Source: a virus
Taxonomy: Duplodnaviria; Caudoviricetes
Direction: 5' to 3' (one strand)
DNA length: 26,720 bases
IMG/VR virus record: IMGVR_UViG_3300025018_000482
Coordinates: 1 to 26,720 of that record
The notes below the pieces were generated by a model. That model worked only from the letters and a program-made list of their open reading frames with translations. It did not search any database and was not told the DNA's origin. This document shows positions 1-9,100 of the stretch, one piece after another. A program made the translations under genes and the position numbers. Within the stretch, counting starts at the first letter, position 1, and every line of letters starts with the position of its first letter.

Positions 1-150
1 CAAACTTTAACCACTGAAGCATTTGATATTCTCGTTGGAGCAAGCGTAGCAAAACCAAGAACAATAACAACAGACATAGTAGTAACTGGTCAACAAAGTG
101 GCATGAACATTAAAGTTCCTGTATCGATTGTTGAGTTTGCAACAAGCTAA
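1..150 (+). CDS. 3' end of a truncated ORF, probable virion structural protein
   Basis: Frame 1 is open from base 1 to TAA at 148-150 (QTLTTEAFDILVGASVAKPRTITTDIVVTGQQSGMNIKVPVSIVEFATS*). It is beta-strand-like and lies upstream of structural genes. Confidence 0.65.
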   Translation, partial: QTLTTEAFDILVGASVAKPRTITTDIVVTGQQSGMNIKVPVSIVEFATS

Positions 151-155
151 ATAAT

Positions 156-884
156 ATGAAAATTTGTTTAACATGTAATTTGGAAATCCCTAGAAGAGGT
201 GGGAAATATTACTGTTCACTCAAATGCCGCAGTACTGGAACTATAAAGAAAAATAGAAAAAATATTAGTTTGCAAAAAAAATGTGTAGTATGCAGTAAAG
301 ATTACGATGTTGACTACTATAATAGAAAATATTCTAAACTTTGTTCTAAAGTTTGTGTAGGTGAGTTTAACAGAAGAAGAATTACAGGATTAAAAGATAA
401 CAGTAAATATATAATTGCGAATTGTCTGTGTTGTGATAATGAATTTGAAAGAAGAAAATTAGACATAAAGAGAAAAAATGGAAAAATCTTTTGTAGTAAG
501 TCGTGTAGGTCAAAATATTCATTTGAGCATGGAGTTCGAGATGTTCTTAGATCTCATAATTTTAAAATAAATGGATTAACTGTAAGATCAAGGTGGGAAG
601 CAGCTTTTATAAAAGACTATCTAGAGAGAAATAATCTTGAGTGGGAGTATGAGCCAGAGAGATTTGATGTAGATGGGAGAGGTTATCGCCCTGATTTTTA
701 TATAAAAACTTTAGATATGTGGGTAGAAGTAAAAGGGTGCTTATACTTTGACAGATTTAATAAATGTCAAAGATTTCAGGAACTTTATCCTGAGCTTAAT
801 TATGTTGTTGCCGATGCAAATGTTCTTCAGAATAGGTTCGGGCTTAATCTATCTGAGCAAAGACTTAGCGAGTTAATCGCGTAG
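156..884 (+). CDS. Putative free-standing homing endonuclease: three Cys zinc-finger repeats plus C-terminal PD-(D/E)XK nuclease
   Basis: Three CxxC...CSxxC repeats (CLTC..YCSLKC, CVVC..LCSKVC, CLCC..FCSKSC), then RSRWE...WEYEP...YRPDFY...WVEVKG, a PD-(D/E)XK catalytic pattern. It sits between structural genes. Confidence 0.8.
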   Translation: MKICLTCNLEIPRRGGKYYCSLKCRSTGTIKKNRKNISLQKKCVVCSKDYDVDYYNRKYSKLCSKVCVGEFNRRRITGLKDNSKYIIANCLCCDNEFERRKLDIKRKNGKIFCSKSCRSKYSFEHGVRDVLRSHNFKINGLTVRSRWEAAFIKDYLERNNLEWEYEPERFDVDGRGYRPDFYIKTLDMWVEVKGCLYFDRFNKCQRFQELYPELNYVVADANVLQNRFGLNLSEQRLSELIA

Positions 885-901
885 GCCCGGAGGGTATTCA
901 A

Positions 902-1891
902 ATTAGTTTCAAAAAATTCGATTTATCAAACGATGTAGCTTCAATCGTATCAAGTGTAAACGAAGTTGTAGCAATATCAGGATCGATATTCGCCACAGAT
1001 GCAAATGTTAAATATTATAATAATATTGCATCAGGGTCAAGCACAACTCCATTAGGTGGATACTGGCAAACAATATATGATGCTTCTCCAACAAGTTCAT
1101 TAAGTACACCACTTTTTGATATGACATATGGATTTGCAACAGGATCAGATAAAAATGTGTCAGTCACCACAACATCTTCATTAAATGAAAAGATTAAAAT
1201 CTATAGATCTTTTGCAAAAACATTACTTGGTAATGAAGATGGAATGTTCAGTATTCAGAGTGCAAATAAAGAAGAGTGTTTCTTTATTGCAATTAAAAGA
1301 AATATTCATAAAGATGAAATTAAAAAAGGATCTGTTGCGTTGACCATTAATGGTATTAATGCTGTTCAATACACTGCATCAGATGTTGGTGCTGTTACTG
1401 CATTTAAGAATGGTCCTGGTGGTGAATATGCTCCAATAAAGAGTGCATCTATTGAAGTTGGTCAAGTGTGGTATAATGCAGGTGTTATTGTTTTAGATCC
1501 GATGACTACTTTTGGTACTGTTGCATTATGGTCAGGTTCAGTAACTCTTGAGAATACTCAACCGTCAGGCACAATCAATCAGAATGTCGATGGTCTTAGA
1601 AATCATATAGAAAGAATTGATTTTCATAATCAAACTAATTTACATTCGACTGTATATTTTTGTAGAGCAACGAATACTGAATTTAATTATTCTAGTAATC
1701 CAACATTTATTGACTCAGATCAGAGAATCCGTGTAACATCTGGAAGTAATATCCTTCAAACAAGGACATATATTACCACTATAGGACTATACGACGCAAA
1801 CGATAACATATTGGCAAGTGCAAAGGTCAACAAGCCAATAATGAAATCTCCAGACACAGAAGCGATTTTTCGTATAAGGCTCGATTACTGA
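902..1891 (+). CDS. Virion structural protein (tail/baseplate-type), about 329 aa; start probably ATT at 902 rather than ATG at 1121
   Basis: The frame is open from 869 with no ATG/GTG/TTG before 1121. GGAGG (889-893) lies 8 nt before ATT-AGT-TTC-AAA-AAA-TTC-GAT (M-S-F-K-K-F-D). The C-terminus TYITTIGLYD..NILASAKVNKP..IRLDY is shared with the 2740 ORF. Confidence 0.7.
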   Translation: MSFKKFDLSNDVASIVSSVNEVVAISGSIFATDANVKYYNNIASGSSTTPLGGYWQTIYDASPTSSLSTPLFDMTYGFATGSDKNVSVTTTSSLNEKIKIYRSFAKTLLGNEDGMFSIQSANKEECFFIAIKRNIHKDEIKKGSVALTINGINAVQYTASDVGAVTAFKNGPGGEYAPIKSASIEVGQVWYNAGVIVLDPMTTFGTVALWSGSVTLENTQPSGTINQNVDGLRNHIERIDFHNQTNLHSTVYFCRATNTEFNYSSNPTFIDSDQRIRVTSGSNILQTRTYITTIGLYDANDNILASAKVNKPIMKSPDTEAIFRIRLDY

Positions 1892-1932
1892 CGTCTAACG
1901 ATATTTACGCATAATGACTTTATATTTAAATT

Positions 1933-2736
1933 ATGAAAGCAATAGTATATGGTTTATTTGACCCAAAGCACTGTGTAATACGATATATTGGAAAGACTAT
2001 TCGGACAGATGAATTAAGATTAGAATATCATTTTGATGAAGCATACATGGAAAAAAGTTGGAATAGACCAGTATGCAGATGGATTAGAAAAATTTTAAAT
2101 GAAGGTCGTACTCCAGATATTATAACGATTGAAGAATTCAGTTCTGAGCAAGAAGCATTAGATTTTGAAATGATTTGGATTGCAAGATTACGAAAAGAAA
2201 ATGCAAGATTATTAAACGCCACAGATGGTGGTGATGGTATTTCTGGATATCATCATTCAGATGAAACAAAAGTCAAAATTGCTGAAGCATCCCGAAATCA
2301 AGAATGGACCCAAGAACGAAAAGATCGTATTTCAAGGGCTGTAAGTGGCGAACGAAATGCTTGGTTTGACAAAGAAGGTCCGACTAAAGGATTAAAGTGG
2401 TCTGATGAATCAAGGGCAAAGTTGGTTGAGACGATGACAGGTTCAAAACGCCCTAATCAAGCTGGTGATAACCATTGGACTTCAAAGACCGGAAATGCTC
2501 CTAATACTGGTAGAAAATGGTCAGAAGAAGTAAAGAAAAATATGTCGCTTGCACAAAAGGGAAAAAAGTATATAGGACGTAAGGGAGTTGGCGTTCTTTG
2601 TGTTAATGACGGCAAAATGTATGACTCACAACAATTAGCAGCAGACGCGTACAACTTGTCTAAACAAGAAGTAAGCCGTTCATGCCGACTTGGTCGTGAA
2701 TACAAAGGTCTTAAGTTTGAAAAAATGGAGACTTAG
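1933..2736 (+). CDS. GIY-YIG homing endonuclease with NUMOD3/NUMOD1-type DNA-binding repeats
   Basis: N-terminal IVYGL...RYIGKT...RL..H, then E..WI and LLNATDGGDG. HHSDETKVKI / WSDESRAKL / WSEEVKKNMS repeats follow, with C-terminal VLCVNDGKMYDSQQLAA. Confidence 0.9.
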   Translation: MKAIVYGLFDPKHCVIRYIGKTIRTDELRLEYHFDEAYMEKSWNRPVCRWIRKILNEGRTPDIITIEEFSSEQEALDFEMIWIARLRKENARLLNATDGGDGISGYHHSDETKVKIAEASRNQEWTQERKDRISRAVSGERNAWFDKEGPTKGLKWSDESRAKLVETMTGSKRPNQAGDNHWTSKTGNAPNTGRKWSEEVKKNMSLAQKGKKYIGRKGVGVLCVNDGKMYDSQQLAADAYNLSKQEVSRSCRLGREYKGLKFEKMET

Positions 2737-2739
2737 AGC

Positions 2740-4458
2740 ATGGCGGTCTATTACAGATTCGGCCCCTCAGATATAATTCATTATAATCTTTCGACGACAC
2801 CGAGGATTATAGCGACTTCAGGATCAAGTGGCTGGGCTGCTAATACGGGTGTTAGCGCATCCGTAAGCATGTACGGAGGAATTAGGGGTAAGGTACATCC
2901 TACTGATGATTTCAAAGTTACGTATACATACCAGTTAGAGACGCATTCAATAGATGGATTAATAACTCTTAGCGGATCATATCCAACATCTGGTAGTTTA
3001 ACGTATGTTCGATGCAGGAATGCAACTCTTGATCTTAATGATACTGTCCATGCTGGTTTATGGGGTGAAGAGCACTTCTCTCCGATAATGAATCTATACG
3101 ACTACTATAGAAAAGATAACACTGATTACACAACAGGTTCATACGACTACAACATGCTTTACTCTGAAGCAAGTTCTATTAATAAAGTAACATTATCAGG
3201 ATCGATATACAATAACATGACGGGAAGCTTCGCTATTGAAGCAATGATTAAACCACTTTCTGTTAGTGGAACAAATGAAGATTATACTATAGCAAGCAGA
3301 ACTGGACTTTGGAGTTTTTATATAACAGGATCAAATGGTCTTCTTGCATTTTCTGCATCTGATGGTTATGGATCAATTCATACAAGCTCTGTAGCAGTAA
3401 CAAAAAATAGATGGAATCATGTAGTATACACAGTTAGAAACAATACTGGCAGCTTTTTAATCAATCTGCAAGGTGCTGGTGAAACAGTAGGGATAACTGG
3501 TTCAAATGATGTCGCCGTCGAACCAGTGAATGTATTTTTTAATGAGCGTAGGAGAGAAGACGTTTTCCACGGCTTTATATTTGATCTTAAGTTGTGGTCT
3601 ACTGGAAGGACATGGGAGCAGCTATCTGCAAGTTTTGATAGAACTTTGATCAACAGCTCATCGACAAACCTCGTAACGTACTTAAGGTTCAATGATGGTC
3701 CACGTGGAGATACACACAGCATCACAGTTGGTTCTGGTGCCTTTGATTACTCAAGCAATGGGAACCATGGGTTACTGCAAAATTTTGATGCTAGAACAGC
3801 TCCTATATGGCATCCAAATGATAACCATATATTCATTACACCAAAGAAGTTAATACCTAACACGATAAACGACTTACAAATTGTACATGTACCGAGTATG
3901 TTCTATGGAAGACAGATAGCAACTGGCAGCGTTGAACTCGTTTGTAACGCGTACTTGTCATCTTCTCTTCAAAGAACTATAGTAGATGACGGAAGAGGTG
4001 GTCTTTACTTATCAGGTTCTGTAGTTTCTGGAACAATAGAAAATAGAGAGTCTTATGCTGGAGTTCAATGGAACAAAGTAGGTAATGTTTTTTATAGTGA
4101 GGGTCTTATTGTAATTAAAGATCAGTCTCTCTTAGATTTTGGATCTAATAATTCATCATCACCACTTCAAAATGCACTATTAAAAGTTAACTTTAAAGGT
4201 AAGAGTAATATACCAACTAAAGTTTTTATGTGCAGAATTCATGGTGCTCAAGCAAACGCATCTAATAATGCGTCATTTGTTACATTTGATTCTGGATCTG
4301 ATAAGCATAAAATAGTTAGAGATGATAATACAACATACATTACAGCAGTAGGTCTTTATAATGAAGAAAGAAAACTTGTTGCAGTTGCCAAGTTGGCGTC
4401 TCCAATAAGAAATAGAGAAGTAGATAAGTTAAATATTCGGCTCAAGTGCGATTTTTAG
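2740..4458 (+). CDS. Virion structural protein with LamG/concanavalin-A-like domain (tail/baseplate-associated)
   Basis: LamG-type motifs SFAIEAMIKP, RWNHVVYT, FHGFIFDLKLWS and LVTYLRFND..GAFDYSSNGNHG. The C-terminus TYITAVGLYNE..LVAVAKLASP..IRLKCDF is paralogous to 902..1891. Confidence 0.75.
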   Translation: MAVYYRFGPSDIIHYNLSTTPRIIATSGSSGWAANTGVSASVSMYGGIRGKVHPTDDFKVTYTYQLETHSIDGLITLSGSYPTSGSLTYVRCRNATLDLNDTVHAGLWGEEHFSPIMNLYDYYRKDNTDYTTGSYDYNMLYSEASSINKVTLSGSIYNNMTGSFAIEAMIKPLSVSGTNEDYTIASRTGLWSFYITGSNGLLAFSASDGYGSIHTSSVAVTKNRWNHVVYTVRNNTGSFLINLQGAGETVGITGSNDVAVEPVNVFFNERRREDVFHGFIFDLKLWSTGRTWEQLSASFDRTLINSSSTNLVTYLRFNDGPRGDTHSITVGSGAFDYSSNGNHGLLQNFDARTAPIWHPNDNHIFITPKKLIPNTINDLQIVHVPSMFYGRQIATGSVELVCNAYLSSSLQRTIVDDGRGGLYLSGSVVSGTIENRESYAGVQWNKVGNVFYSEGLIVIKDQSLLDFGSNNSSSPLQNALLKVNFKGKSNIPTKVFMCRIHGAQANASNNASFVTFDSGSDKHKIVRDDNTTYITAVGLYNEERKLVAVAKLASPIRNREVDKLNIRLKCDF

Positions 4459-4521
4459 GCGTACCCACATTCGAAGCTTGGACTCAAAAAGAGTTAAGAC
4501 TTTTGACCTCATATATATTTT

Positions 4522-4701
4522 ATGATTAAAATAGACCCAGAATATAAACCTGATACATGCTTTGTTTGTGGAAAGAAGTTTAAAGATTACAATGGAGTAT
4601 ACGCAACGGGTTGGTGCTCTATAGCTTGTCAATTTTCAAGATATGATGATTTTTATTGTCAACATAAGTACCATCCAAAATTATGTGTATATTGTAAATG
4701 A
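4522..4701 (+). CDS. Small Cys/His-rich zinc-finger protein, 59 aa (absent from ORF track)
   Basis: MIKIDPEYKPDTCFVCGKKFKDYNGVYATGWCSIACQFSRYDDFYCQHKYHPKLCVYCK*. Its TGA overlaps the next ATG (ATGA, 4698-4701), implying translational coupling. Confidence 0.7.
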   Translation: MIKIDPEYKPDTCFVCGKKFKDYNGVYATGWCSIACQFSRYDDFYCQHKYHPKLCVYCK

Positions 4702-5210
4702 TAGTTGGTCTTGATGTTTCTACTTCGATTGTTGGTATATGCAAATTAACCAATGACGGTAAGTTTGTTTCTACTGATTATGTTGATCTTAGAAAAATAA
4801 AAGATTTTATTGAGAAGTGTGAGAAGTTTCATGACGCTCTTTTCGAATGTGCAGATTTAGTTGATAAACTCTTTATAGAGGATAAGCTATCTGGTTTTTC
4901 TGGTGGTAAGACCATGCAACAGACAATGATGAAGTTAGCTGGATTTAATGGTGCTGTAACTTATATTGCAGCTCAGGTTCTTAAATGTCGTCCAATTCAC
5001 ATCCATCCGTCAACTGCAAAGGCCACTATGAAAATTGATGGCCTGTTTATTCCTAAGGGTGCTGATAAGAAAAAATTAACATTGGAATTTTGTAAGAAGA
5101 TAGAAGGCTTTCCTTATATTGAGACGAAGAATGGAAACCCACAGGCGTATTGCTATGATCAAGCTGATGCATATTTGATCGCCAGAGCTGGTTTTCTTAA
5201 AGGTTTATGA
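4698..5210 (+). CDS. ruvC: RuvC-like Holliday junction resolvase
   Basis: RNase H-fold catalytic pattern: IVGLDVSTSIVG, FIED, PST.KA and DQADAYLIA. Confidence 0.85.
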   Translation: MIVGLDVSTSIVGICKLTNDGKFVSTDYVDLRKIKDFIEKCEKFHDALFECADLVDKLFIEDKLSGFSGGKTMQQTMMKLAGFNGAVTYIAAQVLKCRPIHIHPSTAKATMKIDGLFIPKGADKKKLTLEFCKKIEGFPYIETKNGNPQAYCYDQADAYLIARAGFLKGL

Positions 5211-6154
5211 ATAAACAAGAAAAACTTGTAGCGATTAGAAGAGTTTTAGGGCATGAAGAATTTCAAAAAGGTGATGAAGCTGTTTTCTTTTGTGTTAAAC
5301 ATCAGCATCACAAAGCGAAGCTGTCTATTAATTTAGATGGTGATTATTTTCATTGCTGGATTTGTGGTTGGAGTGGTCACGATTTAAAACCAATTCTATT
5401 TCTTAATGGAAAGACGAATGATGGTCTAAGATACTCTAATGAGAATCAAAAATTAAATAAACAAGATGTTGATGTTAAAGTTTTTGATTCTCCTGCGCTA
5501 CCAGAATCTTTTTGTTTACTCACGAAAGACAGTATTAATAATCCGTATACACAAGATGCAAAAGTTTATCTTGAGTCTCGTGGCATATCTGATAGTGATG
5601 TGCTAAAGTATAAGATTGGTTTCTGTGTTGAAGGTAATTACAAATATAGAATAATATTTCCTTCGTTTGATTCATTTGGCGAATTAGATTTTTTTGTTGG
5701 AAGAAAAATATACGATTACATCGGACTAGCTTATAAACATGGTAATTTTAACAAGAACATTATTTTTAATGATTACATGATAGACTGGGATCAACCAATA
5801 ACATTAGTAGAAGGTCCCGTAGATTCTGTTATTGCAGGAAGCAATTCAATTCCGCTTCAAGGAAAGTCTTTAAGAGAAGATTCTAAACTTTTTAGTAAGA
5901 TTGTGACATCAAGAGTTCATGTTTATTTAGCACTTGACTCTGATGCAAGAGAAGAACAAGTTAAACTTGCAAATAAGTTTTTAAGATACGGTGTAACTGT
6001 TAATATGATAGATGTTAAAAAATTTGGTGGTAGTGATGTTGCAGATCTTGGCAAAGATATGTTTAATATTGCTAAAATGAAAGCTAAAAGTATAGATCCA
6101 ATTTTAGGATTATTGGAAGTAAGGATACACAATGAGAATTGTTCATGTATCTGA
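5207..6154 (+). CDS. DNA primase (DnaG / T4 gp61-like)
   Basis: N-terminal Zn ribbon (FCVKHQH...HCWICG), YLESRGI, RIIFPS...FVGR, and TOPRIM motifs LVEGPVD, LALDSDA, DVAD. Confidence 0.9.
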   Translation: MNKQEKLVAIRRVLGHEEFQKGDEAVFFCVKHQHHKAKLSINLDGDYFHCWICGWSGHDLKPILFLNGKTNDGLRYSNENQKLNKQDVDVKVFDSPALPESFCLLTKDSINNPYTQDAKVYLESRGISDSDVLKYKIGFCVEGNYKYRIIFPSFDSFGELDFFVGRKIYDYIGLAYKHGNFNKNIIFNDYMIDWDQPITLVEGPVDSVIAGSNSIPLQGKSLREDSKLFSKIVTSRVHVYLALDSDAREEQVKLANKFLRYGVTVNMIDVKKFGGSDVADLGKDMFNIAKMKAKSIDPILGLLEVRIHNENCSCI

Positions 6155-9100
6155 CATCCATATACGAAATTTAAAATATCATGATGAATACAAAAATGTT
6201 TTTGAAGATTTTTATAAACATTTAGATGAATTAAAACCAGATTTAATTATCAATACAGGCGACACTGCGCATACGAAAACGCAGATATCACCTGAGTTTG
6301 TTGAGATGTGTTCAGAGCATATCCGTGAAGTTGCAGAGTACGCTCCATATCATATATTACTTGGTAATCATGATCTTAACTTAGTGAATCCAAATAGACA
6401 AGATGCGATATCACCGATAGTCGACAGTATTGGTAACTCAGTAAAGCATCACGTAACTCTTCATAAAAAATCTGGAATATATTCCGTAAACAACAATGTT
6501 GATCTTTTTATTTATTCATGTGCTGATCAAAGTAATTATCCAGATCCGCTAACACATAGTTCATCTTCTATAAAGATAGGTTTGTATCATGGCTCATTAC
6601 TAAAATGTGAGATTGATAATGGATGGATAATGGCAGAAGCTGATAATGATCTCAGCTTATTCACAGGCCTTGATTTTGTTTTGCTTGGAGATATACATAA
6701 ACATCAATTCATGGATGTAGACAAGCGTGTAGCGTATGCTGGATCCATGATACAGCAGAACTTTGGTGAGGATCCAGATAAAGGATTTCTTGTATGGGAT
6801 ATAGAGAATAAAGATGAATGGGATGTTCGCCATATAAAACTTCATGGAAATAATAAGTTTTTTACCATAAGACTTAATGACGATTTTTCTATACCTGATA
6901 TTGATATAGAACGTGATTCAAGAATTCGCATAATTTCTCCGTGTTCGTTTACGTTAGCTGATCAGCAAGAATTCGAAAAATCAATTAAAGAAAAGTTTAA
7001 ACCTCATAGTGTAATATCAATAGCTGAAAAAACGATCACTAAACAAGACACAACTCTTTTAAGTGGTTCTATTGCGAAGATGGAAAATCTTCGTGATATC
7101 CGAATACAGGAAAAACTTTTAAAGAAATTTTTTAATAAACGAAAAGTATCTGATGATGTATTAAATAAGATATTAGAAATTAATAAAAAGTACCAAGTCG
7201 CAGTTGAAAAAGATGAAGATATTGTTCGTAATGTCCAATGGAAATTGGAAAGAATTGCATGGAATAATATGTTCAATTATGGTGAGAATAACTTCATAGA
7301 TTTTTCTAAGCTTAAAGGTATCACTGGAATATTTGCTGAGAACTCGGCTGGCAAATCTTCAATTATCGATGTCATATTAGAAACACTTTTTGATCGAATT
7401 ACAAAAGGTTCGACAAAAAATATCTATATGGTCAATGATAATAAAGATTCTGCGCAAATGATTGCTGGTATTTCTGTTGGTGATAACTCGTATATCTTAG
7501 AAAGAACAATAGAAAAAATAAAATATGGCAAGAAAAATCTTGAAAAAGAAAAAGAATGGGGAAAGACTACCGTTAACTTTTACAAAGTTGATAATAGTGA
7601 CACAATATCATTAAACGATATACTACGTCCTGGAACTGAAAAGGCGATTAGGAAGCACATTGGAAGTTATGACGACTTTGTTTTGACTGCATTACTTTCT
7701 CAGGGAAGAGATGATGACATAATAAAGTGTAAAGATACTGAAAGAAGAAAAATACTTTCTAAGTTTATGGATTTAGATATTTTTGAACAAAAAGAAAAAA
7801 TGTCTAGAGAAGAGAGTAAACAATACTTTCAAAGATTAAAGGATTTTGATTCTGCCAATCTTAGCATTGTGTATGCTACTGAAAAGCATAATTTAGAAAA
7901 TCTGTATGATGAGTTCAAAGCCATTAATGATAATAAAGACAGTATTTCAAAAGAAATAAACTCTTTACGAGATTCTATTGTCAATATTGAAACAAAAAAA
8001 GAATCAATTGATTTTGTTAATCTAGATTTAGAAGTTATCAAGAAAAAAATTATAGATTTAAAACTGAGTTTAAATTCTCTTATTAATAATAAAGTGAATG
8101 ATAAGAAACAATATGATGAACTTTATAAAAATGTTGTTTCTCGTGAAGAGAAGTTATCGAAAATAGATATAACAATAGTTAAAAATGCCTTATTAAAAAT
8201 TGAAGAGATTAAAGCCAGTGTAGCTAAAAAACTATCAGATATTCAAGTGTTTGAAACTAATCTTCTCTATTTGAAAAGAGATGCTTCGTTGTTAGATGAA
8301 GTTCCATGTGGAGATTTATTTCCAACGTGCAAGTTATTAGCAGGCGCTTTTAAATCTAAATCTAAAATTAACGATTTAGAGATTGTAATTAATAATCTTA
8401 AAAATGAATTAGTAATTCTTGCAGAAGATAAAGATTTATTAGAAAAGCACAACTATCAAGAAAAGCTTCAAAAATATAATGATGTAATTTGTGATTTAAA
8501 AAAACAAAAATCTAATTTAACTGAGCTTACTTTAAAATTAGAAAATTACGATCTAAAGATAGAAGTATTAGAGCGTGGCATAGACGACATATACATTTTA
8601 CAGAAAAAGTATTATGATAACCAAGATTCTCTTGAAAAGAATAAAGAGATAGATAATAACATCAAGGAAATTAAAAAACAACTTGACATTTTAATTCTTA
8701 AAAAAGAAGATGTCAAAGCTAGTCTTATGGACATCAATAAAAAAATTGGTGCTAAAGAAAGCATTATCAATAGAATAGGAATTGAAATTGAAGCTCTAGA
8801 AGATATTAGAGTTTTGTGCGATGCACATGAGTTGTACATCGAAGCAATGGGGAAAAAAGGTATTGCATATCATATTCTAATTGAAAAACTTCCAATTTTA
8901 AACGAAGAAATTAATAAGATCTTATCAGTAGTAGCTGACTTTAATGTTTTTATAGAACATAATGAAAATGAAAACTCTATTAGATTATACCTTCAATACG
9001 GAGATTATAAAGGTAGACCACTCGAATTAGGTGGTGGTGCAGAGAAGATGTTATCCTCCATAGCTATCAGAGCAGCATTGATAAACATTACAAATCTTCC

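Noticed and set aside
869-884. -1 frameshift fusing the endonuclease to the downstream structural ORF
   Set aside because: The frames overlap briefly but there is no slippery heptamer; SD plus ATT explains the extension more simply.
151-901. Group I intron splitting the 902-1891 gene, with the endonuclease inside
   Set aside because: The endonuclease ORF fills the interval, leaving about 5 and 17 nt, too little for a ribozyme core. The upstream gene also ends in a normal stop.
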